From Eledone cirrhosa (Eukaryota): a stretch of 64,000 nt of DNA. A model generated the notes under the pieces. That model was not told the origin of the DNA. It searched no databases and worked only from the letters and a program-made list of their open reading frames with translations. The translations under genes were made by a program, and so were the position numbers. The stretch lies in the NCBI GenBank assembly GCA_964016885.1, contig OZ024743.1, forward strand, positions 158,534,001 through 158,598,000. Reading direction: 5' to 3'. Of this stretch, positions 1-14,387 are shown piece after piece (position 1 is the first letter of the stretch; every line of letters begins with the position of its first letter).

Positions 1-1626
1 CATTGGCAGGATAAGTAAAACATTATCCCAAATGTCTTGTGTTATTTAATTACGTCTGATGTTAGCTTTGCTTTTCTTCCTTCTGTGTCGATAAAGTAAA
101 GTATCAGTAAACTTTTGGGTTGATATAAGCAATTTTCCTCTGATTCTCAGATTGTAGGCCTTGTGTCTAAATTAGACCCCCCCCCAGCCATTAATTACTA
201 GGCCAATAATGATAACAATATTAGTGGTGGTGATAATGATGTTGATGATATTTTCAGTGATTGATCAAGCAGACCTATGAACAAAAGCTTTGCAGCTGTG
301 ACCATCCCATTTTTTTTGTATATCTAGGACTACATACATTGTTCACGTTGCCCTTTAAATTATCATGTGAGGAAAGTCTGGCTGCTATTTCTAGCGAGTT
401 CTGCAGTCATGTTGTGGTTTCCTAGTGGAGTCATTAAAAGTAGCTATGGTAGCAATAACAGCAGCATTAATGCCAGCAGGAAGAGTAGTACAGGCAGTAG
501 CCCAATTGGCACTGAGTGAGGGCTTTTGTATACATTGGAATCCATTAGCCTACTTTTTTGTTTTTTGTTGGAAATCTAAGGATTCTGTGTATCTGACAGG
601 CTTGCTTTAACAAACACAATAATAATAATAAAAAAAAAATTAGGGAGATAAAGAAGGATTCAACCATCCCCTCCTCATCTTCCTTTCAATCCTGACTCTA
701 CTCTGCTGATTTTATATGGGTGGAGTTGAGGAAGATGGAAATAGATCCTGTGGAGTTTTATATGAGGGAAAAAAAAATGGCATGATTGTGATGGTAGTGG
801 TGTGGAGGAAATGTTTTGTCTGTTAGATAGGAATCAGGCAGGGTGATTTTTTTTTCTTTTTTTTTCTGTATATGTTATTTATTTGTGAAAGATTTTATAT
901 TGTTTAGATTTTATTATCCTCCCTCCTTATAAACCCTATTTTTTTTCTTTTGGTTCTAATAAGCCCTATTTTTTTCTGCAACTTCTATGCAGTTGATCAA
1001 CCAACTAGAAATAGTAGCTAAATCACATTCTACCGCTTTAAAAAAAAAGGACAAATTGGACAATGTATGTAGGACTATATTCTCCAATGTGTCCTTCCTT
1101 TTTTCAAGATGGTCGGCTGTAATTTGTGTATAGGCCTTATTGACTTGAAGTTGTTGATTGAGCTATGATGAGAGGCATTTCAGCCGTGGTAATGCTATAA
1201 ATGTTTTTTATTGTTCTGTTCCTTTTTAAACAGTACAGTTTGATTTAGCTGTCATTTCTAGAAGATCAAGTAACCATTGCAGCAGATTAGGAAGTGAACT
1301 TCTATAGTGGTGTAATGCTCCTTGAGAAAGTGGAGGATACACTTTTTGACAGAGATATGACAGATTTACAAAATTATATTAGGAAACATACAATTCTGTT
1401 CAAACCTGCCAATACAACCTTCATTTTGGGTATGAAAAAAAAAAAACATTCGTCCAGTCTTCCAAAATTTTTCATGTTTTTTTTAAAAGACAAACAGTTT
1501 ACTATATACAACCTTTTTCCATATTATATCGAGGTCCTTTATGGTCCTTAAAAACAAACAAACTTACAACTTAAGTCACACACATATACATACACATCGA
1601 TTCAAAGAAAATTGTGTGCACTCCTC

Positions 1627-1629
<3 letters not shown>

Positions 1630-1677
<48 letters not shown>

Positions 1678-1712
1678 GTATATATATATATGTATATATA
1701 TATATGTATATA
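1630..1712. repeat. (CA)n/(TA)n microsatellite
   Basis: Directly visible dinucleotide runs. Confidence 0.95.
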
Positions 1713-1965
1713 TTGTTATACTTTGGGAGGGTCATGTTGCCAATAAGAAACACACGCACCAGTTGCTTTCACTTCAATTTAATTTAATATATATTTATAA
1801 ATTTACAAATTTATAAATTTCTGGTTGGTTGGTTGGTTCCAACCAACCAACCAGAAATTTATAAATTTGTAAATTTATAAATATATATTAAATTAAATTG
1901 AAGTGAAAGCAACTGGTGCGTGTGTTTCTTATTGGCAACATGACCCTCCCAAAGTATAACAATAT
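1710..1965. repeat. Perfect inverted repeat with 127-bp arms and a 2-nt TT spacer
   Basis: 1710-1836 is the exact reverse complement of 1839-1965 (ATATTGTTATACTTTGGGAGG... / ...CCTCCCAAAGTATAACAATAT). A third, direct copy of arm 1 with about 2 differences lies at 2260-2390. Confidence 0.95.
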
Positions 1966-2022
1966 CGGTTTCAACACACGATTTCAGATAAAGAATCTTG
2001 CTAAACAAATTCAGAAACGAAA

Positions 2023-2074
2023 TATATGTATATATATATATGTATATGTGTATATATATATATATATGTATATC

Positions 2075-2145
<71 letters not shown>

Positions 2146-2166
2146 GTATATATATATGTATATATG

Positions 2167-2233
<67 letters not shown>

Positions 2234-2262
2234 GTATATATATATATATGTATATATATATA
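2023..2262. repeat. Imperfect (TA)n microsatellite
   Basis: Visible TA run with TG interruptions. Confidence 0.95.
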
Positions 2263-2418
2263 TTGTTATACTTTGGGAGGGTCATGTTGCCAATAAGAAA
2301 CACACGCACCAGTTGCTTTCACTTCAATTTAATTTATTAAATATTTATAAATTTACAAATTTATAAATTTCTGGTTGGTTGGTTGGTTCCACAACCAGAT
2401 AGTTGTTTATATATATAT

Positions 2419-2463
2419 AGTCATAGTTCTTTCGTCACACACTCTGTGACCTCTTCAGTGACT
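2419..2463 (-). ncRNA. Minimal type I hammerhead ribozyme-like motif
   Basis: Minus strand reads AGUCA-CUGAAGA-G-GUCAC(agagugu)GUGAC-GAAA-GaaC-UA-UGACU: 5-bp stem I, intact CUGAnGA/GAAA/UH core, 5-bp stem II, rudimentary stem III. Confidence 0.6.
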
Positions 2464-2523
2464 GGGGATTTCTTTCTTCGTTTCTGTGCCTTTCCTTTCT
2501 TCTATCCTACGCCATGAAAATGG

Positions 2524-5472
<2,949 letters not shown>

Positions 5473-8400
5473 GCCTAACTAACTCTCTCCTCCTCTGGCG
5501 CATCCCAACACACCCTGCCATTACCCCACCACCACTGTCCTTCTAGCCCTCAATTTTCCCACCGTTAGGGATGGATGAGCTGGGAATACACGAGCAACTC
5601 TGAATCAATAGATGAAATATGAATCTGCGAGCTACCAAGCACCCACGTGAAGCGCCAACCCAGAGACCCTCCCCTACGAGTGTCGACAAATGCCCAAAAC
5701 TCCGAGTTGGTACCATCAATGTAGGCTCAATGAAAGGAAGAGCAGGAGAAATCGTAGAAATGCTAGAGCGAAAGGAAGTTGATGTATGCTGTGTGCAAGA
5801 GACTAGATGGAGAGGAGGGTCTGCTAGAGTCCTTGTAGGAAAAAGCCAGTGCTACAAATTTTTCTGGGTGGGAAATGACGATGGGATGGGTGGTGTAGGT
5901 ATACTATTAGCTGACAAGTGGGTAGATAAAGTAATCTCAGTGTACAGGGTAAATGCAAGAATCATTAAACTCAGACTAGTCCTGAATAAGACAATTACCA
6001 CAATAATATCAGCTTACGCACCCCAATCGGGGCTGCCAGACGAACTTAAGGATAGGTTTTACGAGTCCCTAATACACACTACTGCTCTAACAGACGACAA
6101 GGACTTCCTAATCATTGCAGGAGATTTTAACGGACACGTAGGTAAACACTGCGACGGCTTCAATAGAGTACATGGAGGCCATGGAGTTGGCACAAGGAAT
6201 GAGGAAGGATTCAGACTTCTAGAATTCTGCGACGCCAATGACATGTCGATATGTAACACAAACTTTAAAAAACCCGACAACCACCTGATCACCTATAGAT
6301 CAGGGGAGCACTCTAGTCAGTTAGATTTTATCCTCATCAGAGGACGTGACAGATGGACGGTCGTAAACACAAAAGCCTTCCCTAGTGAGGAATGTACATC
6401 CCAACATAGCTTAGTTGTCAGCGACCTCACGGTCAGAACTAGACGAGCCCTGAAACAGAGGCCAACCTGGAGAAGAAAGATCTGGAAGCTGAAAGTCCCC
6501 TCAACCAGTAACAGATTTAAAGATATTTTACTCAACGCCTACGACAGTAAAGAAGAACAGATAGAGACATTTAACGTAGAAGAGAACTGGGAGTTCCTAA
6601 AAAAAAATAACTTACTAGAGGCGACGGATGAGGTTTGTGGCTGGAGTAAGACCTCAAGCAGGAGGAGAGTGACTTGGTGGTGGAACAATAAGGTAGATGA
6701 AGCAGTCAAGGCCAAGAGACAGGCATGGAAAGAATGGAAGAACGGGGGGAGCAGGGTACATTACATAGCAAGAGGGAAGCTAGGCGACAAGTATACTTAG
6801 CTAGGAGGGAAGCAGAGGATAGAAAATTCAAGCATGTTTTACAACGTGAGGACCAGAAACAGGAGGTATTCAAGATTGCGAGGCAGTGTGTCAGAGATAG
6901 TTGTGATGTCATTGGAGAGAAGTGTATCCGGAATGATAAAGGTGAGCTTGCCCTCACAAGTGCTGAGAAGAAAGATGCATGGAAGAGTCATTATGATAGA
7001 TTACTAAATGAGGAGAATGCATGGGAAGAAGAGACCCTACCCCACGTAGACCCTATAGAGGGACCAGCAGTACAAGTCAGCGGCAGCGTAGTAAGTAAGG
7101 CAATCAGAGATATGAAGATAGGGAAGGCAACCGGTCCATCGGGTATAGCTGCCGAGATGCTGAAGGCATCTGGGTCTGTAGGTCACACTATAACCACACG
7201 TATCGTTAACCAGGTAATACTAGAGGGGGCCATACCAAAAGATTGGTGCAGTAGCATCATTGTCAACTGCTACAAAGGTAAAGGCGATGCACTAGATAGA
7301 GGAAACTATAGAGGTATAAAGTTGATGGACCAGGTCATGAAAGTAACAGAAAGAGTTATAGCACAGCTGATTAGGGACCGGGTGAATATAGACGAGATGC
7401 AATTTGGGTTTGTTCCCCAGGGAAAGGCACCACTGATGCGCTCTTCCTTGTGAGGCAATTACAGGAAAAGTACCTAGCTAAAAGTAAGCCACTCTACTTG
7501 GTATTTGTCGACCTTGAGAAAGCCTTTGACAGAGTTCCACGTGCAGTAATCTGGTGGGCTCTTAGAAAACTAGGAGTAGATGAATGGCTTGTGAAAGCGG
7601 TACAAGCCATGTATAGGGGAGCAGTCAGCAAAGTTAGGATTGGCAATGAGTATAGCGAGGAATTTAGCGTACAGGTTGGGGTCCACCAGGGCTCTGTTCT
7701 TAGCCCTCTCCTGTTCATCATAGTCCTGCAGGCAATAACGGAGGAGTTTAAGACCGGATGCCCATGGGAACTCCTGTATGCTGATGACCTCGCACTCATA
7801 GCTGAATCTATGGTAGAACTAGAGAATAAATTCCAAACCTGGAAGCAGGGACTAGAGAGAAAGGGCCTCAAAGTCAACATGACAAAGACTAAGGTCCTTA
7901 TAAGTAGACGAGAAAACAGAACCCAGATCCCCTCAGGGAAATGGCCTTGCTCAGTATGTAGGAAAGGTGTAGGTAGGAACTCCATTCTTTGCCCCAAATG
8001 CAAACAATGGGTACACAAGAGATGTAGCGGGATCTCAGGAAGCTTAATTAAGAATGTAGGATTCACATGCAGCAGCTGTGCTGAAACAGCAAGCAAACAG
8101 CCACAGGAAACAAGTACCACCAATCTCTGGGAGGGCCCTGTAGAAACAGTAGACAGCTTCTGCTACCTAGGTGACCGAATTAGCAACGGAGGTGGGTGCT
8201 CAGAAAGTACAATAACTAGGGTAAGAACGGGATGGAAGAAGTTTAGGGAACTACTACCACTGCTAGCTGCAAAAGGCTTCTCCCTCAGAATGAAAGGCAG
8301 ACTGTATGATGCGTGTATCCGAACAGCGATGTTGCATGGTAGTGAGACCTGGGCGCTGAAGGTGGAAGACTTACGTAGATTAGAGAGAAACGAAGCCTGC

Positions 8401-9044
8401 ATGCTCCGATGGATGTGTAACAGTAATATACGTGAACGACAAAGCATAAATGAATTGAGAGAGAGACTGAGCATAAGAGGAATCAAATGCTGCGTGCAGG
8501 AGAGGCGGTTACGCTGGTATGGACATGTGATGCGTATGAAGGATGACAGCTGCATAAAAAGGTGCAGAGCACTAGAAGTTGATGGAAACCGCGGAGTGGG
8601 GAGACCCAAGATGACTTGGGATGAGGTGATAAAAGCCGACCGTACCCAACTACACCTCTCAAAGTCAATGACACACGACCGTGACTTCTGGCGTCACGCA
8701 GTAATACAGGGTACCCGACCTCCCATGGGTACATGCTGAAGCATATAAACAATATGCCCCCCCCCCCCCCACCGCAAGGTGGTCGTGGAGGTGCCACGGC
8801 AAAAAAGCACCCAGCCCACACTGTAAAGTGGACGTGTAGGCGCCACGAAAAAGCACCCAGCACTCACTGTAAATGAGGTTGGTGTTAGGAAGGGCATCCA
8901 GCTGTAGAAATCAAGCCAGATCAGTTCCTGTATGAGCAAGGCATGGTCAGCCGACCAGACACTGCCCACAACAGGACAACCCGTCTAACCCATGCTAGCG
9001 TGGAAGAACGGACGTAAAACGGTGATGATGATGGTGATGATGAT
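5473..9044 (+). mobile_element. Near-full-length RTE-clade LINE (copy A)
   Basis: Short 5' leader, single endonuclease-RT reading region, 3' UTR ending ...CATGCTAGCGTGGAAGAACGGACGTAAAAC(GAT)n, TA tracts on both sides. Confidence 0.93.
5619..8739 (+). pseudogene. RTE polyprotein (AP-endonuclease plus reverse transcriptase with PHD-like insertion), two frameshifts
   Basis: Endonuclease motifs GTINV, CVQETRW, SAYAPQ, AGDFNGH, LDFIL, SQH. RT motifs NYRGIKL, QFGF, FVDLEKAFD, GVHQGSVLSP, YADD (7777-7788), FCYLG, RRLRWYGHV. Frames join at about 6765 and about 7416, with no in-frame stops inside the three segments. Confidence 0.93.
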
Positions 9045-9105
9045 ATGTGTATATATATATATATATGTATATATATATGTGTATATATATATATATGTGT
9101 ATATA

Positions 9106-9168
<63 letters not shown>

Positions 9169-9351
9169 ATTCCTCCTCTGTTTATGAGTAGAACTCTTTA
9201 CGAAATATGACCATTTTCCGTAAAGTAACGGTTTTTCTTTAAATTTTTGTCCTTAAACCTGATGAGTGAGGCCAGTTTTAGAATGGCTCCTCCACTATAC
9301 AGTATTGGCCATAACTGGACTCTGAAACCTAAATTGTGCATACATGTTTAT

Positions 9352-9754
9352 CATCGTTGTCATCATCATCGTTTTAACGTCTGCTTTCCCGGTAGCAAGG
9401 GTTGGATATGTCTATATAGACCAAGTCCATACTGAAGCAGAGCCACTGATCTCCCGAGCAAGCCAGGGAACTGTGTCTCACTTATGTACGTTCCATTGAG
9501 TGGTCAGGAGAGGTTGTCATGCCTTTGACACAATTCAGGGTCCTTCCAACCTTTTGTTTGGTGAGATTTCTATGACTGGATGCCCTTCCTATCACCAACC
9601 ACTTTATAGAGTATACTGGGTGCATTTATCATGTAAATCACCAACACTAGGGAGGTTATCATGCCCTTGACATGACTGGAGAGTCCTCCTGATGCTTTGT
9701 CTCGCCAGTTTTCTACAGCTGGATGCCCTTACTATCACCAACCACTTTACAGTG
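9352..9754 (-). mobile_element. Non-autonomous element with RTE-like 3' tail (SINE-like)
   Basis: Reverse-complement (GAT)n tail and two GGATGCCCTT..ATCACCAACCACTTTA modules. A related plus-strand copy lies at about 45800-46085. Confidence 0.6.
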
Positions 9755-10613
9755 TGTAGTGACGTTGCGGTCCCCCGGCCAGCCCGGGGCCCAACGGCGT
9801 GTCAGCCATTCCAAGTATTATCGTCTAGCGAAAGAAATGGAATTTTATTTTTCCGAGCACTCCATGAATGTTAACTGTCTTAAGCATCGGGTGTGCTAGC
9901 GGGAAGTCCGCCACCATCGGCTGGCTATCGTATATACCAAACGATTACTAGTTATTCACACTGGTGGGGGATTTAGTTAAGTGCTAGTAGAAGGAGGCAT
10001 GATAAAGTTAAAAGTTATGATTAAGCCTAGAATTTAAAGGTACTGTTTGGCGGTCAGTAACTGGTGGCGCGGCGGGTTCCAAGTCTGACAGGGCCCCAGG
10101 GTGAAGCAGCCGTTCCGAGTATTTTCGTTTACCGAAAGAAGGAGAAATTTATTTTTCCAAGCACTCTAGGAAGGCTGATCGGCCTGAGCGCCTGTCGTGC
10201 AGTTGGGAAAGCCGCCACATCCGTCGGATCATCGCGTGTACCAAACGATTATTAGTTATTCACACCCGTTGAAAGTGGTAAAATCTGATGAAATGTGCAA
10301 ATAGACTATATATAGTCCCCAGTTAGTCCGGGTTATATGTAGTGTGGTTCTTGGGTGGGTAGGGGGAGTGAACAAAGATAAACAGATATAAGGGTACAGA
10401 GAGTAATATTCTAGGGTCGTGTGCTAATGAGTACAAGGATAAGTATATAATGAGAGTAAAGCGAGTAAATAAATACATAAATAAAATGCAGTCGTACCTA
10501 GGGTGGTGATGTAGGGAGTAAAGGGGAAGTATATAAGAACATATCGAAGAAATCAAAATACAGAAGAAATAAAATACAGATCAAGGTGGAGTTGGAGAAT
10601 ACAAGGTTATACA
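9755..10613. other. Unclassified insertion bounded by TGTA...TACA (possible solo LTR) with an internal diverged duplication
   Basis: Starts TGTAGTGAC, ends GTTATACA. 9786-9962 aligns without gaps to 10090-10266. No TSD found. Confidence 0.35.
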
Positions 10614-10642
10614 TATAGATATAGAGGATGGAAGAGTTGGAA

Positions 10643-10701
<59 letters not shown>

Positions 10702-12938
10702 CATTGATTTTTATAACTGCTTTTTCCTGCTAACATGGGTTAGATGGGATGTTTTAAGACAAATGCTTTACAGTCAGATGCCAGCTCTTTTAGTTCCCTT
10801 TTACAGTACAGAGGGATATGGTGTATCTGTCCTAGAAACTGATGGTAATTTGTTTAAGGATTAGATTACAATTAATACTAAACATTATATTTATTCATGT
10901 AAAGGGGCATTCTGGGGGATATCAGTCAGTCTACATAATTTACCTGTCTCCTTTCTCTTGGCTACTGGGAGTGATTGAGAAGTAAAAACATTAAGAGGTC
11001 ATAAAAGCTGCACATCGCCCCCTCCCCTAGTACACTTTCTTGTTTTTAGTACAAGCTCTAGCTCTCAGTTACTGTTACCTTGGAAACTGACCCCTCCACC
11101 TCCTACTTTCCTGGCTTGTAGTATAGGTGAGAGAGAATTGAAAAATATTTGTGTGGGTACAATGAAGAGACCAGTGCCTGTGCTCTATCAATAGAGCCTG
11201 GATAAGTATGATAGGTCAGTAAACAATGTCAGAATAGAAATCCTTCCCTGTCTATGTATTTAGACATTTGATACCGCAACAAATTAGCATATTCATCCAC
11301 ATACAGGAAAAAAGTCAGATCAGTAATTTATTGACACCCTCCCCCCTTTAAAAATAAATGGTAAAGGTCATCCTTATGGGGGGTCATTAAAATAAAGTAC
11401 CAGTAATGCACTGGAATCGAATTTCCTTTCCCCCCTAAAAATTGTTGGTCTTGTGCCTAAATCAGAAACCAGTATTATAGTTATTGTTATTTTTATTACA
11501 TCAGCGATGTGAGGGATGTGGTGATTGTGTGTGTGTGGGGGGGGGGGTGATGGGGAGATAGGTAAAGGAGTAAGAGGTAAGGGTAGTGTATGGGAGAAAG
11601 GATGTAGTGGTGTGGGGATGTAGTTGAGAGAGGAGGTATGGGGGAGAATAGTTAAGGGGGCTAGGAAGGTAGGGGGAGGGGGTAAGGAATGGTTGTGGGG
11701 GATGAACAAGCAGTACAGAGATTAGCTACTAGGGTGCAATAGTGAGGATATCTAAGGGCTTTAGAGAGGAGGTAGCAGTTAAGGGGTGCTTCTGGAGAGG
11801 GCATGGGTGGTGGGTGCAGTAGTGGTGAGTTTAGATGGTGGGGAGTGCTAGTGGGAGAGAGAGGGGCTCATTGATGTGTCAGGTCATGTTGTATTCTTGT
11901 AGCCTGGTTTTCATCATCATAGCATAGCGCCAGCCCTTTCAATCATTTGTCATCTCAGTTGTGTGGCTTAGTTTCTGAAGATCACTGTTTATTCCTATGT
12001 CTTCCTGGGTCTGGCTCTCCTTTGGATTCCGCTACTGGGATTGTTCTGCATTTCTTTATGCAACTGTATCACATCTCCATACTAGTGCAGTTTTCTCTCT
12101 TGCACATTACATCCAATTCCTCTGATACCAACTTTTCCTCTCAGTTCACTTATGCTACGCCATTCATACACACTAATATTGCACATCCATCGGAACATAC
12201 TTGCTTCATTTCTTTAGTATACATATATATACGAGCTCCCACACAATTTTCATCTACCAAATTTCACTGACTATGCTTAGGTCAACCTGAAGCTATGATA
12301 GAAGATATTTACCTAAACTGGTGCCTTATGGGATGGAATTTGAAACCATGTGATTGTGAACTGAATTCATAATATTTACATTTTTGTTTTATATATGTGA
12401 GAAATTATAAACATTGTTTCTACAAAATTGAATTGGTCTTCAAAATTGTTTAAACCAAACTGCTTGAAACTGTGATACAAAGGTGTTTATTTTTAAGTGC
12501 TTATATTTATCTAAAAACTTTCTATCATAATTTTATGCTAAAACTTCAAAGTTATATTCCAAACACCAGCTTAAGAATGAGAAATTTAGTTATATTACTA
12601 AATCACTCTAAATTCTTGATTATTTGAAAGTCATAGGCAGTGTCTTTCATTAGAAATACGGTAACAAAAGAGTTAACATAAAGCAAAGAAAAATAAAATG
12701 TGCAATAATCTTGTTTGATGACCCTGTGATAAACAGGCAAAACTTCAAAGTAACAAGACTCACAATTCAGCTTTAATAAAATGTATATTGAAACTCTACT
12801 TCTGAATTGAGTACTCCTTTCTCTCAACTGTCAACCACATATGGACATATATATATATATATCAGAAAGGGTGTGGTAAAATAACAGGTGGGCCATAACT
12901 TGGGGTAGCAGAGTGGGTAATATAAAAAGGCTCTGGCC

Positions 12939-12994
<56 letters not shown>

Positions 12995-13189
12995 TGTATG
13001 TATATGTAGAAAATATCTGTAGGTATGAAAAAGGAAAAATGAAAACGGCTCAACCAGAGATGAGAGATATATTATAATGTAGAAAATGATATGCTTAAGA
13101 AGGCTAAGACAATGTGAAATGGATGGTAAAATGAAGGCAAGAAAAAGTTTGTTACCTGGTATATATTATTATTGTCTTTTTTTTTTCGT

Positions 13190-13228
13190 CTCAATATTTC
13201 GGGACTTAAAAATCCCTTCTTCAGAGTA
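13190..13228 (-). ncRNA. Degenerate PLE-type hammerhead-like motif
   Basis: Minus strand CUGAAGA-A-GGGAUU(uuua)AGUCCC-GAAA-UAUUGAG: core and stem II intact; stem I and cleavage site degenerate. Confidence 0.35.
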
Positions 13229-13346
13229 TCGGGAAAACTCTCAGAGCAAAACTTTCCTGTCTTATCGCTTTGAAATTTGATTTAGATATATTATATTATA
13301 TTATATATTTATGTACCATGAATGAACATAAGTAAATAATAATAAT

Positions 13347-13402
<56 letters not shown>

Positions 13403-13470
13403 AAACCTATGCTAGCGTGGAAGATAGACGTTAAACGACGATGATGATGATATATATATATCTACATATA

Positions 13471-14369
13471 TCTATATTATAAAGCTGACAGCCGTATGTA
13501 TATAACAAACTTTTCGCCAAACGGCTGGACCAAAAAGCACCAAATTTGCACCATAGATGTAACTTTTTCCAAGTAAGAAAGTGAGGGTATGTTTGTCTTT
13601 TTTTAGTTTCAGAAGATCCCGTTAAGGGTGAAAGCAGCGATTCTTTGCTTAAACTTTAATCTGTTATTTTAATATATATATATAATTATATATTCGTGTA
13701 CAGATATTTTTGCATACACAAAAACAAAATATAAACAAACGTATTTATTTCACAAAAGCACAGACGGCTTATCGTCATTGTTATTGCCGATATGCCATCC
13801 AAAAAGTCCCAGCCTGGCCGCAAGATCAGATTTTCCAGAAGAAAAAATGTTACTAGAGCAACAGAGAGACTAAGCTCTCGCGATTACCATCAATAAAGCT
13901 CAGGGTCAAACCCTAAAAGTGGCTGGCCTTCATCTGGGAAAACCATGCTTCTCCCATGGTCAATTGTATGTAGGATGCTCTAGAGTGAGCTCGCTAAACA
14001 ATCTCTTCATCTTTGCTCCCGAGGGCCGAACAAAAAATATTGTGTACCTGAGGCTCTAACAATGTAATTTATGTATTTTCTCTTACTGTATTTCCATTAT
14101 GGTTGTACAAATTATTGTAAAGTTTGTTAAAAAATGTGTTCTCTGTTCAGCCTTTATTGTTGTAACTATCAATTTTCTTTAACATACTGGCTGCTGAACT
14201 GGGGAATCCTAAAAACTATTCAAACCCAACATTAGAGCACGTTAATCCCCCCCTCCTCTCGCTGACTTGAGAGGGCATGCGGTATCTTTGTACTGGAGTG
14301 GAGGGGGGAATCCTGAAAAGATAAAATGGCGGTATACCTAGCCGGGTGCCAGCCGGATGGGCCAGCTAG
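13471..14369 (+). mobile_element. Internally deleted Helitron (about 900 bp)
   Basis: A|TCTATATTATAAAG 5' end, GC-rich subterminal CCGG..CCGG, CTAG 3' end (14366-14369), internal helicase fragment. Confidence 0.8.
13880..14059 (+). pseudogene. Helitron Pif1-family helicase C-terminal fragment
   Basis: Translates AITINKAQGQTLKVAGLHLGKPCFSHGQLYVGCSRVSSLNNLFIFAPEGRTKNIVY (helicase motifs V and VI). Confidence 0.9.
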
Positions 14370-14387
14370 AATATATATATATATATA

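Larger units (their letters stand above)
1710..2523 (-). mobile_element. Penelope-like (PLE) pseudo-LTR remnant with partial inverted duplication
   Basis: On the minus strand: hammerhead-like motif (2463-2419), then AATAAA (2338-2333), then a repeat segment present in both direct and inverted orientation. Hammerheads and partial inverted copies are typical of PLE pseudo-LTRs. No RT or GIY-YIG ORF seen. Confidence 0.5.

Noticed and set aside
6059-8969. Minus-strand ORFs overlapping RTE copy A (and likewise copies B and E)
   Set aside because: Antisense shadows of the LINE coding sequence.
10058-10112. Twister-ribozyme-like string (TAA..GGGTTCCAAGTCTG)
   Set aside because: Pseudoknot pairings and the conserved GA are not satisfied, and the first unit lacks the motif.
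10106-10126. AVPSIF motif suggesting a THAP domain
   Set aside because: No upstream C2CH ligands or HF motif.
9786-10704. Minus-frame ORF under a TAA/TAG=Gln code (stops align as TAA versus TAG in both units; no TGA for about 200 codons)
   Set aside because: Only about 4 TGA triplets exist on that strand in any frame, so the absence is unremarkable. Second codon positions vary more than first. No recognisable protein.
11500-11870. G/purine-rich tract giving a Pro-rich minus-strand ORF
   Set aside because: Low-complexity sequence with no coding evidence.
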